From a virus (lineage: Duplodnaviria; Caudoviricetes): a stretch of 38,938 nt of DNA. The translations under genes and the position numbers were made by a program. The stretch lies in the IMG/VR virus record IMGVR_UViG_3300044738_000035, positions 1 to 38,938 of that record. The stretch is one strand, 5' to 3'. Positions within the stretch are counted from its first letter, which is position 1, and the number at the start of each line of letters is the position of its first letter. The notes below the pieces were generated by a model. That model had not been told where the DNA came from, ran no database searches, and saw only the letters and a program-made list of their open reading frames with translations. This document shows positions 9,529-17,909 of this stretch, in pieces.

Positions 9529-9567
9529 TCAGTAGTCAGTAGCTACTAGCTGGTAGCTGATTAACTA
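9526..9567 (+). repeat. Heptamer tandem repeat (TAGTCAG/TAGCTNN)
   Basis: tagtcag tagtcag tagctac tagctgg tagctga ttaacta. Confidence 0.7.
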
Positions 9568-9571
9568 AGTA

Positions 9572-10795
9572 ATGGACTTAATTCTCAAACCTTCCGGCGG
9601 TCAGAACATCGTGCTCCGGCCGCAGGCGCGCCCGGCGTGGTACGCCGACGCGACCGTGGACGCGCAGGAGGTCGAGCTGTTCCTTCAGGAGCTTGACTCG
9701 GAGACCGGCGCGCTCCTCGGCGGGCCGAAATCCCTCGGCCGCTTCCCGGCCACGGGTCAGGTCGTCATCCCCTACACGCCCGACGCAGACCGCAACGTCA
9801 TCGTCTACGGCATGCCCTACGCCGCCGACGGCGCGCCCGGCTACTCCGACCTCCGCCACGCCGAGCAGGCGACGATCATCTTCGCGCGCGTCACCGAGGC
9901 CCCCGTGCTCGCACAGGTCGGCGACTCGACGCCCGAGGCGATCACCGTGCAGGTGGACGCGCCCGACCAGCGATTCGTGCGCAGGCGCCGCACGAGCGTC
10001 TCACCGAACGCCGACATGAGCGACGCCTCGGTCACGGTCAAGGAGTTCGGCGCGGGCGAGGCGCCGCTCCTCATCGAGATCGGCCGCGCGGCCGCGCTCG
10101 CCCCCGCCTTCTCGTGGTCGGGCGACGACCCCGCCACGAACGGCTTCACGAAGACCGGCTCGGGCACTACGGCCGCGAGCACGACCCCCGCGGGCTGGAA
10201 GGTCACCACGACGGCTTCGGACGCCGCGACCTACTACACCAAAGACTCTTTCCCCGCCGCGCCCTTCTCGGCCGGCTTCACGCTGGAGCTGCTGCCCCCG
10301 ACGGTCAACGCCTCGGACGGCGCCGGGCTCCCCAACGATTCCGTGATGGTTCGTGTTGACGACGGCTCGAAGAAGTACGAGCTGCGCTTCAGCACGACGG
10401 CCGTCTACTTGAACGGCGGCTCGGCGCACGCCCACGGCGGCGCGCGCGTGCGCCTGGTCGTCGCCGCCGGCGGCCTCCTGGCCGACCTCTGGGTCGGCGA
10501 CACGAAGGTCGAGAACGACACGGCCGGACTCTCCACGACCGCGGCGGGGCTCGTCTTCGGCGACTTGGCCGGGGCGGACGACGCGGAGGTCGTGTGGCCG
10601 TCCCTCGCCTACGCGCTGACGTCGCAAGACCCCTTCCTCGCCGAGACGATCTTCATCACGGTCGAGCACTCGGGCGGCGGCGCGTGGGCCCCGGCCTCCG
10701 ACGTGCTCGAAGTCTCGTTCGCGAGCGAGGTGACGGGCGAGGGCGGCAGCTCCGGCGACGGAGATGAAGTCCCGCGCGACCGCTACACCCTTTAA
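9572..10795 (+). CDS. Minor tail/baseplate protein
   Basis: 407 aa beta-rich ORF in the tail operon, with a possible lectin-like insert. Confidence 0.6.
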   Translation: MDLILKPSGGQNIVLRPQARPAWYADATVDAQEVELFLQELDSETGALLGGPKSLGRFPATGQVVIPYTPDADRNVIVYGMPYAADGAPGYSDLRHAEQATIIFARVTEAPVLAQVGDSTPEAITVQVDAPDQRFVRRRRTSVSPNADMSDASVTVKEFGAGEAPLLIEIGRAAALAPAFSWSGDDPATNGFTKTGSGTTAASTTPAGWKVTTTASDAATYYTKDSFPAAPFSAGFTLELLPPTVNASDGAGLPNDSVMVRVDDGSKKYELRFSTTAVYLNGGSAHAHGGARVRLVVAAGGLLADLWVGDTKVENDTAGLSTTAAGLVFGDLAGADDAEVVWPSLAYALTSQDPFLAETIFITVEHSGGGAWAPASDVLEVSFASEVTGEGGSSGDGDEVPRDRYTL

Positions 10796-10818
10796 CAATT
10801 TGAAAAGGAGCACCTTCG

Positions 10819-13653
10819 ATGCCACGACCGACGAACCCCGTCATCACTTTCCTCCTCCTGACATGCCTGCTGCTGGCGCACGCCCCGGCCTCGCTCGCGC
10901 GCCGCCGCACCGTCCCCGTGGCGGCCTCCTTCTCGACGGCCGTGCCCGCGAACCGGCAGAGCCTCGTCCAGCTCCAGGGCTCGGACGCCGAGGGCACGTC
11001 GCTCGTTTACGCGACCGTCGGGGCGCCTTCGCACGGCGCGCTCTCGAACCTCGACACGGCCACCGGCTACGTCGTCTACACGCCTACGACTGGCTACACC
11101 GGCTCGGACTCTTTCACGTACACGGTGACGAGCGGCGGGCAGACCTCCTCCGCGGGCACGGTGGCCATCACGGTCACGACGCAGAAGACGACCGTCACCG
11201 ACACGCTCACCGACGCCTCGGGCAATCCTCGTTCGGGGAAAGTCACCTTCATCCTGACGCAGGCCGTGACGACGCCGGCGGGGATAACTCCGGTCGGGTC
11301 GAGCGTGACGGCCGCGCTCAACTCTTCGGGCACGTTCACGGTGCAGCTCTACCCGTCGCGCTCGATGTCTCCGGCCGCCTACTACCAGGTCTGGTTTGCC
11401 GACGGCGCGACCTTGAACCGCGAGCTGCTCGGCGTCTACGACATCCCGGCCGCGACGACGGTCGTGAGCCTCGCCGCCTACAAGGTGACGGACACGAACC
11501 TCGCGGCGCGCTACACGTTCGCGAGCTTGGCGGGTCTTGAGGCGCTCACGACCGCGGTCTCGTCGGCGACCTTCTCGTCGCTCTTAAGCACGTCGTCCGA
11601 CGGCAAGCTCCAGCTCTACAGCTCCTCGACGGGGAAGCTGGGCGACTCCGCGGTCACCGAGGGCGCGTCCACGGTGACAATCGCGAAGAACGCCGCCGTC
11701 ACCGGCAACCTCTCCGTCTCGGGCACGATCTCCGGCAACGGCGCAGGGATCACGGGTCTGACCGGCGCGACGGGCGGCGTGGCCAACACCGGCTCGACCA
11801 CGGTCGGCGCCGATACGGACGCGAACACCTCGGGCGTCATCGACTTTCAGATCGGCGGCGTGACCAAGCTCCGGCTGGAGAACGACGGCACGCTCTCCGG
11901 CTCGGCGCTCGACTCCATCAAGGACTGCAAGGCGGCGCGGGGCTGCTTCCGCGCGAGCGACTACGGCGCGGTCGGCTACCTGACCACGGACGCGGCGACG
12001 ACCTGCGCGTCGGGCACCGATTCGGCCTCGGCCATCAACGACGCCATCGACGCCGCCGTGACGTGGGGGCAGGCCAACACGGGCAGCGTTGTCGTCAAGC
12101 TCCCCGTGGGCGTCGTCTGCTCGAAGCGGGCGGTGCAGACCTCGCGCAACGGGCGGGCGCAGATCATGCTGCCCGAGCTGGCGATGGGGACGCGCAAGGT
12201 CTACCTGAAGCTGGAGTCGGAGCTGGACGCGGCCTCGCCGCAGCCCTTCCAGACGCCGGGCGTCGGCGCGGCGACGATGATCTACTCGACGCTCACGGGG
12301 CAGACCTACTCGGGCGTCACCGGCACGCCCTGCATCCTCGGCGGCCCCGACCCCGTCAACGGCACGGCGTACACGGATTGGACGTGGATGACCTTTCACA
12401 TCAAGAACGTCGCCATTCGCACGGCCGCAAACCCGAGCGTCTGCGGGCTGAATCTGACGAACGTCAACCACGCCATCGTCGAGAACTTCCGCGCCGACGC
12501 CGACGGCGTCTCGGGCCTCCCGGCGGAGTACACCTACCCGACGAACCCGCACGCCGGCGCGCTGCTGATGCCTCTCAACAACACCGACGGGATGGACTAC
12601 CGCGGCTCGAACATGGCGGCCGGCTGGTACGGCTGTCTCCCCGTCTCGGAGCTGGTCGACTCGGAGGGGCCGCTCTTCGCCTACCAATGTAAGGTCGCTT
12701 TCCCCGTCCAGACTTGGATGCCGCCGGGCGCGGGCGCGGCCGGGGGGTGGTATCACGCGCCGATGCTCAAGCACCTCATCGCCGTCAAGCAGTCCTACAT
12801 CTTCGCCGCCATCGACCCGGCGTCGGGCGTCACGGCCATCGAGGGGCTCGCCGGCACCTTCCGCACGCACCTGAAGGTCGGACTCCTCGACATCGAGGAC
12901 GCGACCACCGGCTCCTACGTGCCCGTCGCGCACGTCAACGACCCGGAGAACCGGCTCGGGGGCGAGGTGCCCTACCACCGCGTCATCACTAACGACGGGA
13001 ACACGGCCGGGCCGCTGACGGTCGTCGGCGCGCGCAACCTGCGCATGCTCGACCTCGCGCGCCCCTTCGTCGGCGAGTCGAACACGGTTCTCTACTACGA
13101 CCACCTGAACGGCCCGGCGGGGCAGGCGCTCACCGCGCGCTTCGCGAAGGTCAATCAGGGGGCGAAGCCGACGCTGCCCGGCACGAGTGGCGTGGAGACC
13201 TACACGTCGTTCGCGACCGCGTCGGGCGGCGGCGCCTCCGGCTCGGGCGCCGGCGACAACCTGAACCTCTGGGAGACGAACTCCTCCGCCGGTGTGATCT
13301 CGGTCGTCGCGCGCTTCAACACGGCGGCCGGCGGCATCGGGCTCGCGTGGCGGGGCGTGGACAAGGACAACTACTGGACGCTCCAGTGGGTCGGCGCGAC
13401 GGGCGTCGCGACCGTCTACAAGAAGGTCGCGGCCTCCTACACGTCGGTCGGCAACACGACCATCACGATCACGCCGGGGAAGTATTACACCATCGAGGTC
13501 TCTCTCTCCGGCAACACGCACACGGTCAAGGTCAACGGCACGACCGTCTGGACGGGCAGCGACGCGCAATTCAACTCGGCGACGCAGCACGGCATCTGGT
13601 CGTCGAACACCAACTCGCTCTTCACCGATTGGCGGATGACGGTCTTTCAGTAG
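10819..13653 (+). CDS. Tailspike/receptor-binding-like protein with signal peptide, Ig (Big_9/cadherin-like) domain, beta-helix and C-terminal jelly-roll
   Basis: MPRPTNPVITFLLLTCLLLAHAPASLA/ leader. YTPTTGYTGSDSFTYTV is Big_9-like. DYGAVG...DSASAINDAIDAA...VKLPVG resembles a pectate_lyase_3-type beta-helix cap. Confidence 0.75.
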   Translation: MPRPTNPVITFLLLTCLLLAHAPASLARRRTVPVAASFSTAVPANRQSLVQLQGSDAEGTSLVYATVGAPSHGALSNLDTATGYVVYTPTTGYTGSDSFTYTVTSGGQTSSAGTVAITVTTQKTTVTDTLTDASGNPRSGKVTFILTQAVTTPAGITPVGSSVTAALNSSGTFTVQLYPSRSMSPAAYYQVWFADGATLNRELLGVYDIPAATTVVSLAAYKVTDTNLAARYTFASLAGLEALTTAVSSATFSSLLSTSSDGKLQLYSSSTGKLGDSAVTEGASTVTIAKNAAVTGNLSVSGTISGNGAGITGLTGATGGVANTGSTTVGADTDANTSGVIDFQIGGVTKLRLENDGTLSGSALDSIKDCKAARGCFRASDYGAVGYLTTDAATTCASGTDSASAINDAIDAAVTWGQANTGSVVVKLPVGVVCSKRAVQTSRNGRAQIMLPELAMGTRKVYLKLESELDAASPQPFQTPGVGAATMIYSTLTGQTYSGVTGTPCILGGPDPVNGTAYTDWTWMTFHIKNVAIRTAANPSVCGLNLTNVNHAIVENFRADADGVSGLPAEYTYPTNPHAGALLMPLNNTDGMDYRGSNMAAGWYGCLPVSELVDSEGPLFAYQCKVAFPVQTWMPPGAGAAGGWYHAPMLKHLIAVKQSYIFAAIDPASGVTAIEGLAGTFRTHLKVGLLDIEDATTGSYVPVAHVNDPENRLGGEVPYHRVITNDGNTAGPLTVVGARNLRMLDLARPFVGESNTVLYYDHLNGPAGQALTARFAKVNQGAKPTLPGTSGVETYTSFATASGGGASGSGAGDNLNLWETNSSAGVISVVARFNTAAGGIGLAWRGVDKDNYWTLQWVGATGVATVYKKVAASYTSVGNTTITITPGKYYTIEVSLSGNTHTVKVNGTTVWTGSDAQFNSATQHGIWSSNTNSLFTDWRMTVFQ

Positions 13654-13707
13654 GGAGGCCGCCCCCGGTCTTTCTTCGGCTTGTACGGCGCCCCTGCGCC
13701 GACTCTT

Positions 13708-13727
13708 AGGGGCACGGCCGGGGGCAC
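13708..13727 (+). promoter_or_regulatory. Putative integrase arm-type sites (left)
   Basis: AGGGGCACGGCCGGGGGCAC is nearly repeated at 13965-13985 on the other side of the core. Confidence 0.6.
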
Positions 13728-13768
13728 AACGAAATAGGGGCGTCCATCACGGACGCCCCTATTTCGTT
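13728..13768. terminator. Bidirectional terminator hairpin next to attP
   Basis: Perfect 18-bp stem AACGAAATAGGGGCGTCC / GGACGCCCCTATTTCGTT with a 5-nt loop, between convergent operons. Confidence 0.85.
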
Positions 13769-13778
13769 GATTCTAAAG

Positions 13779-13834
13779 TGATGCCGGAGGTCGGACTCGA
13801 ACCGACATGCCCTTGCGGACGCGAGATTTTGAGT
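13779..13834 (-). other. attP: attP core: 3' half of tRNA-Leu(CAA)
   Basis: Minus strand ACTCAAAATCTCGCGTCCGCAAGGGCATGTCGGTTCGAGTCCGACCTCCGGCA shows anticodon loop CT-CAA-AA, a long variable arm, the T arm and the acceptor 3' strand. The 5' half is absent. Confidence 0.9.
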
Positions 13835-13945
13835 TTCATCGGCTCCCGCCGACGCCTTCCGCCACAGCCCGCCGCGCCCGCGTTTTCGCCGCCTCGACCG
13901 ACAGCTCGATGACGCCGCGAGCCTGCCACAAACCGCACCAATCCG

Positions 13946-15139
13946 CTACCGCCGCGCACGTCCCAGGGGCACGGGCCGGGGGCGCGGGCTTCGCCCCGTC
14001 GCCTCGTGATGCGCGTCCAAAAGTTTCGCCGCCTCGCGCGCCGTCTCCTCGTTCGTGTTGACGTAGCGCATGAAGGTCGACCACTGCGTATGGCCGGAGA
14101 CCTTCATCACTCCCGCCGGATTCATCCCCGCTTCGAGCATCCAGGTGATCGCCGTGTGGCGCAGGTCGTGCCAGCGCAGCCCCGCGACCTTCGCCTTCAC
14201 GAGCGCGCCGGCCCACGCCTGGCGGAAGCTCTTCACCGGGAAGACTCTCTGCTCCTCCTTGAACCGCGGCGCGCGCTCGGCCGCCTTGCGCATGGCGGTC
14301 AGCTCGGCCAGGAGGCGCGCCGTGACTGGCACCGTGCGGGTGACGCCGCGCTTTGCGTTGCGCGCGCGCACGCGGATCACCCGGCCTTCGAGGTCGACGT
14401 CCGACCAGGTGAGCGTGAGCTGCTCGTTGCGCCGGAGCGCGGTGTCGAGCGCGCAGACGACGAGCGCGCGCAGGTGGGCGCGGCCGCCGATGCACTGCGC
14501 GAGTATGGCGGCCTCCTCGTCGCGCGTGAGTATGCGCTCGCGCTTGACCTCGTCGGCGGCGCAGACGAGCGGGTCGCCGAGGCGGAAGGGGTTCTCGGGC
14601 ATCCAGCCCTTTCGGACGGCGATGCCGAAAGCGCGGCGGAGTATGCGCAGCTCGTTGTTGACGGCCGAGACGCTGCGGTCGCGGTCGTCCTTCGTCTTCG
14701 CCCGGAGCCTCCGCTCCTTGTAGCGGCGCAGCTCGTCGTAGTTGAGCCGGTCGAGGGCGAGCGCGTTGAAGTGGGCGCGCAGCACGTCGAGGTGCTGCTT
14801 GACGCGGACGTGCGAGCGGAGCCCCGCGACCTTGCGCTCGCCGAGGTAGACGGGCGGCCGGACGTACTCGCGCTCGTAGAAGTCAGCCAGCTCCTTGAAC
14901 GTGCGGCCGCGCGCGTCGGAAGAGTGGGAGCGCGCCTCGCCGGCGATCTCGTCGCGGATGACTTGCAGGGCGTCCTTCGCGTCGCGGTGCGTGGCCGCCA
15001 GGCGCTTCTTCTCCCTCCAGACGCCGGAGTGGTCGCGGTATCGCTTGCGGGCTATCCAGAGCCCGGCGTGGCGTCCCGCGGCGCGGCGGATGGTGCCGTC
15101 GGGCTGGCGGGTGCGTTTGGGCTTCTCGGTATCGGGCAC
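13946..15139 (-). CDS. int: Tyrosine integrase
   Basis: Catalytic set ALRRNE (R), NAKRG (K), HDLRH, SGH, FMRY. Adjacent to attP. Confidence 0.96.
   Translation of the reverse strand: MPDTEKPKRTRQPDGTIRRAAGRHAGLWIARKRYRDHSGVWREKKRLAATHRDAKDALQVIRDEIAGEARSHSSDARGRTFKELADFYEREYVRPPVYLGERKVAGLRSHVRVKQHLDVLRAHFNALALDRLNYDELRRYKERRLRAKTKDDRDRSVSAVNNELRILRRAFGIAVRKGWMPENPFRLGDPLVCAADEVKRERILTRDEEAAILAQCIGGRAHLRALVVCALDTALRRNEQLTLTWSDVDLEGRVIRVRARNAKRGVTRTVPVTARLLAELTAMRKAAERAPRFKEEQRVFPVKSFRQAWAGALVKAKVAGLRWHDLRHTAITWMLEAGMNPAGVMKVSGHTQWSTFMRYVNTNEETAREAAKLLDAHHEATGRSPRPRPVPLGRARR
13965..13985 (+). promoter_or_regulatory. Putative integrase arm-type sites (right, within int 3' end)
   Basis: AGGGGCACGGGCCGGGGGCGC, a direct repeat of 13708-13727. 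Confidence 0.55.
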
Positions 15140-15142
15140 GGC

Positions 15143-15724
15143 TCACTTCTTCTCTGAGCGCAGCTTGGCCAGTTGCTTGAGGAACTCGCGCGCCGTGGCG
15201 ACCGGCGGCTCGCTGCCCCGGCCTCGCGTGCCGTTGTAGTAGTTGAGCGCGCTCGTGGTCTGGAAGACGATGCGGCCGTGCCGCCGGTCTTGGTCGTCAA
15301 TCCGCCCCCTGACCGAGACGGTCATCTGCCCGACGACCTGGGTGGTGTTGGTGGTCATCGGGCCCACGGCGGGGTTGCGCGTGGTCGTCGAGCCGAGGAA
15401 GCGGCTCTCAGACCCGTAGCTGATGAAGAAGTCGGCGTCCTCGCTGTTTCCGACCACGGTCAGCGTCGAGTCCTTTTGAAGCTCCTTGAGAATCTTCGAG
15501 CGGGCTTCGAGGTCGGTGACGCCGACGTAGACGGTGCGGCAGTCCGTGATCTCCGACAGGTCGCCGAACTCGGGCGCGTCGGCTGTCGACTCTTTGGCGA
15601 GGCGCGTCGGCACGCCGGGATTGCAGCCCGGCCGGCCGATGTTGCGCGTGGGTTTGTCGGCGGCTTGAGCAAAGACCGCGCCGCTCAGGAGCAGCAGCAA
15701 AAAGGTAAGGGTGAAAAACTTCAT
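15143..15724 (-). CDS. Secreted/periplasmic protein in the lysogeny operon
   Basis: Signal peptide MKFFTLTFLLLLLSGAVFA/Q. Lies between the S24 peptidase gene and int. Confidence 0.8.
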   Translation of the reverse strand: MKFFTLTFLLLLLSGAVFAQAADKPTRNIGRPGCNPGVPTRLAKESTADAPEFGDLSEITDCRTVYVGVTDLEARSKILKELQKDSTLTVVGNSEDADFFISYGSESRFLGSTTTRNPAVGPMTTNTTQVVGQMTVSVRGRIDDQDRRHGRIVFQTTSALNYYNGTRGRGSEPPVATAREFLKQLAKLRSEKK

Positions 15725-15757
15725 GGTGAAATCCTTTCCGGGCCATGAGGGCGCGGG

Positions 15758-16186
15758 TTAAAGGTCGCGCTCGATTCTGACGACTCTGCCCTGCACGTCG
15801 ACCTCGTGGGCGTCGAAGTAGCGCGGCTCGTATTTCTTGTTGGCGCTCGACAGGCAGGCGCGGCCCGACTGCTCGACGTGGAAGAACTTGATGACGACCT
15901 CCGAGCCGTGGCAGCAGGCGACGACGAGGTCGCCCTGGTGGACGTCTTTCGTCAGATGCACGAGCGCGAGGTCGCCGTCGAAGATACCCTTGCCCGAGAG
16001 CGAGTTGCCGCAGACGTTCGCCAGGACGAACCTGTCCGAGGGGCGCGCCCATGATGGCAGGCGCACGTCGCGGAACTGCACGATGGGGAGGAACTCAACG
16101 CCGTGACCCGCCGCGCACTGACCGACGACCGGCAGGCGGACGTACTGAATCTCCGGACTCCTCAGCCCGTTCCCGTTCCTTATCAT
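15758..16186 (-). CDS. Stand-alone S24 (LexA/UmuD/CI C-terminal) autopeptidase
   Basis: LPVVGQCAAG (Ala-Gly site), VCGNSL (Ser), GIFDGD, VIKFF (Lys), VQGRVV. No HTH. Confidence 0.88.
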   Translation of the reverse strand: MIRNGNGLRSPEIQYVRLPVVGQCAAGHGVEFLPIVQFRDVRLPSWARPSDRFVLANVCGNSLSGKGIFDGDLALVHLTKDVHQGDLVVACCHGSEVVIKFFHVEQSGRACLSSANKKYEPRYFDAHEVDVQGRVVRIERDL

Positions 16187-16580
16187 TCTGGTTGACCTTC
16201 AGCACGGGGACGCGCGCGACCTTCCCGCCGCCGCTGCCGTAGAGGTTGAAGAGCATGTCGAGGTAGCCGAGCGCGTCCGTGCGGCGCTCCGGGGGGATGG
16301 CGCGGAAGCAGTGGAGCAGGTGCAGCTCGTCGAGGCTCAGCTCGCCCTCGGCCTCCTTCCCGCGCGCCACCGCGAAGACCTCGTCCTCGGAGACGCCTAG
16401 ACCCTTCGCGAGCGAGCGGAGCGTTGCCGTCCGCACGTCTTTGGAGACGCCGTTGACGATGTCCCCTACGGTCGCGTGGCTTATGGCGCCGCCGGTCCGG
16501 CGGGAAACCTCTCTGTAATTCAGACCCTTCTCGCTAATTATCCGCCGGACGTAGTCTCTCAGGGATTCCTGTAAAGCCAT
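16095..16580 (-). CDS. XRE/Cro-C1 HTH immunity repressor (no peptidase domain)
   Basis: LNYREVSRRTGGAISHATVGDIVNG...TLRSLAKGLGVS HTH. Divergent from the cro-like gene. Likely ATG 16580. Confidence 0.85.
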   Translation of the reverse strand: MALQESLRDYVRRIISEKGLNYREVSRRTGGAISHATVGDIVNGVSKDVRTATLRSLAKGLGVSEDEVFAVARGKEAEGELSLDELHLLHCFRAIPPERRTDALGYLDMLFNLYGSGGGKVARVPVLKVNQNDKERERAEESGDSVRPPAGRRSVRGGSRR

Positions 16581-16591
16581 CACGACGGGCA

Positions 16592-16692
16592 GTCTAGTTC
16601 TCTTTACGTCAAGAATGTCGTTTGACTTGTAAAAAAGACTTGACATATATTTCAGGAGGGGAATACACTCCGCTCCGTCAAGTTTACTTGAC
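16592..16692. promoter_or_regulatory. Immunity switch: three GTCAAG-N4-CTTGAC-like operators and rightward sigma70-type promoter
   Basis: GTCTAG-TTCT-CTTTAC 16592-16607, GTAAAA-AAGA-CTTGAC 16629-16644, GTCAAG-TTTA-CTTGAC 16677-16692. TTGACA 16640 to TACACT 16664 with an 18-nt spacer. Confidence 0.75.
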
Positions 16693-16706
16693 AGAAGGAG
16701 AGGCGA

Positions 16707-16919
16707 ATGCACAACCCGATTCCAATCAAAGTCGCGATGGTGAGAAAGGGGATCAACGGCGAGCAGCTCGCTGAGCTGGCAAACCTCTCGCGCCCGACCG
16801 TCTCGCGCATCGTCAACGGTAAGCAGGTGCTGCCGACCAACCTCGAAGCCGCTCTAAGGGTGCTCGGCCTGAAGATGGCCGAGGTCTACGAGTCCGAGGA
16901 AGAGCCGTCCGCGGCGTGA
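16707..16919 (+). CDS. Cro-like HTH regulator
   Basis: 70 aa XRE HTH (EQLAELANLSRPTVSRIVNG), AAGGAG RBS, divergent from the repressor. Confidence 0.88.
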   Translation: MHNPIPIKVAMVRKGINGEQLAELANLSRPTVSRIVNGKQVLPTNLEAALRVLGLKMAEVYESEEEPSAA

Positions 16920-16962
16920 GGCCGGGGCAAGTCCTGCATGTTAGTCCCGCGCCGGCTCGCCG

Positions 16963-17469
16963 GTGAAGGATTCTTTTGACCCCATTCAATCAATGGCGAA
17001 CAGACTACACACGGCCACGCTCCCGCCGCCCCACGAAATCCTCGCGCGGGTTTTCAACACGCCCGAGAAGGTGCGCCAACTCGCCCGCTGCTGCGGAGTC
17101 TCCGACAACCACGCCTACAAGTGGCTCCGGGACGGCGACACCGGCGCGCCCTCCGACTTAGACCGGCTCTGCAAAGCCATCTTCCTCGCGTCCACGTTCG
17201 GCGCCGACGGGCTGAAGGACGCCGGCCTCATCGCCGACTACGTGCGCGAATACTTCGTCACGCTCGTCGAGATGTCGGCCGAGCCCTACGCGGGCGAGCA
17301 CGAGCGGGTGCTCGACTCGGCGGAGCTTCTGCGCGAGGCGTCCGAGGCCGTCGACGCCCTCCTCACGGGGAAGCCGACCTCCCAGACGCTGACCGAGTTG
17401 GTGCAGTTACGGGACAAGGCCGAGGCCGCGATCACGCGCCTGAGCGCGCCGCAGGAGGTCAGGCCGTGA
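16963..17469 (+). CDS. Phage regulatory protein, CII-like (start may be ATG 16993)
   Basis: N-terminal HTH-like segment (VRQLARCCGVSDNHAYKWL), helical C-terminus (LLREASEAVDA), position after cro. Confidence 0.55.
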   Translation: MKDSFDPIQSMANRLHTATLPPPHEILARVFNTPEKVRQLARCCGVSDNHAYKWLRDGDTGAPSDLDRLCKAIFLASTFGADGLKDAGLIADYVREYFVTLVEMSAEPYAGEHERVLDSAELLREASEAVDALLTGKPTSQTLTELVQLRDKAEAAITRLSAPQEVRP

Positions 17470-17825
17470 GCGAGAGATTCGACGAGCTGCGCGGGCGCGT
17501 CCTCGGCATGCAGGGCGAGCTGCTGCAAACCCTCGCCGCGATGCGGCACGCGCTCGACGAGGCCGAGGAAGAGAACCGGCGGCTTCGCGACGAGGCCGAG
17601 ACGGTGAACCTCGTCGTCTACACCGAGGAGAAGGCCGCCGAAGTCTTGCTCATGTCGCAGGACACGCTCGCCCGCCTGCGCGCGTCGGAAGGTCTGCCGC
17701 ACTTTCGGGCGGGCACACTCGTCCGCTACACGAACAAGCACCTGGCGGAGATCGCGGAGCTGCTCGCCGTACGTTCGACGAGCGGCGTGAAGAAAGCCCG
17801 GAAGCTGAAGGTCGCCGGGCGCTGA
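17466..17825 (+). CDS. Coiled coil + HTH_17 excisionase-like protein
   Basis: GTGA overlap. YTEEKAAEVLLMSQDTLARLRASEGLPHFRAGTLVRY is a MerR/Xis-type motif. Confidence 0.7.
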   Translation: MSERFDELRGRVLGMQGELLQTLAAMRHALDEAEEENRRLRDEAETVNLVVYTEEKAAEVLLMSQDTLARLRASEGLPHFRAGTLVRYTNKHLAEIAELLAVRSTSGVKKARKLKVAGR

Positions 17826-17909
17826 ACAGAGAAGAGGCCGGAAGGGGGCGAGCGTGCGAAGCAACAACCCCAACCAGCCTCTTAAGCTCTCGCAGGGAGA
17901 ACTCGACTC

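Noticed and set aside
1413-13590. Long antisense ORFs (1413..3542, 5072..6307, 11584..13590 and others)
   Set aside because: Shadow ORFs expected opposite high-GC genes. They are Arg-rich with no motifs or RBS.
1185-13653. Diversity-generating retroelement or invertible fibre cassette
   Set aside because: No reverse transcriptase or invertase, and no TR/VR-like duplicated segment seen.
13779-13834. Functional phage tRNA-Leu gene
   Set aside because: The D arm, 5' acceptor strand and 5' anticodon stem are missing, so it is an att core.
14006-15157. 383-aa + strand ORF opposite the integrase
   Set aside because: Antisense shadow of int.
15758-16186. umuDC mutagenesis cassette
   Set aside because: No Y-family polymerase gene is present in the closed genome.
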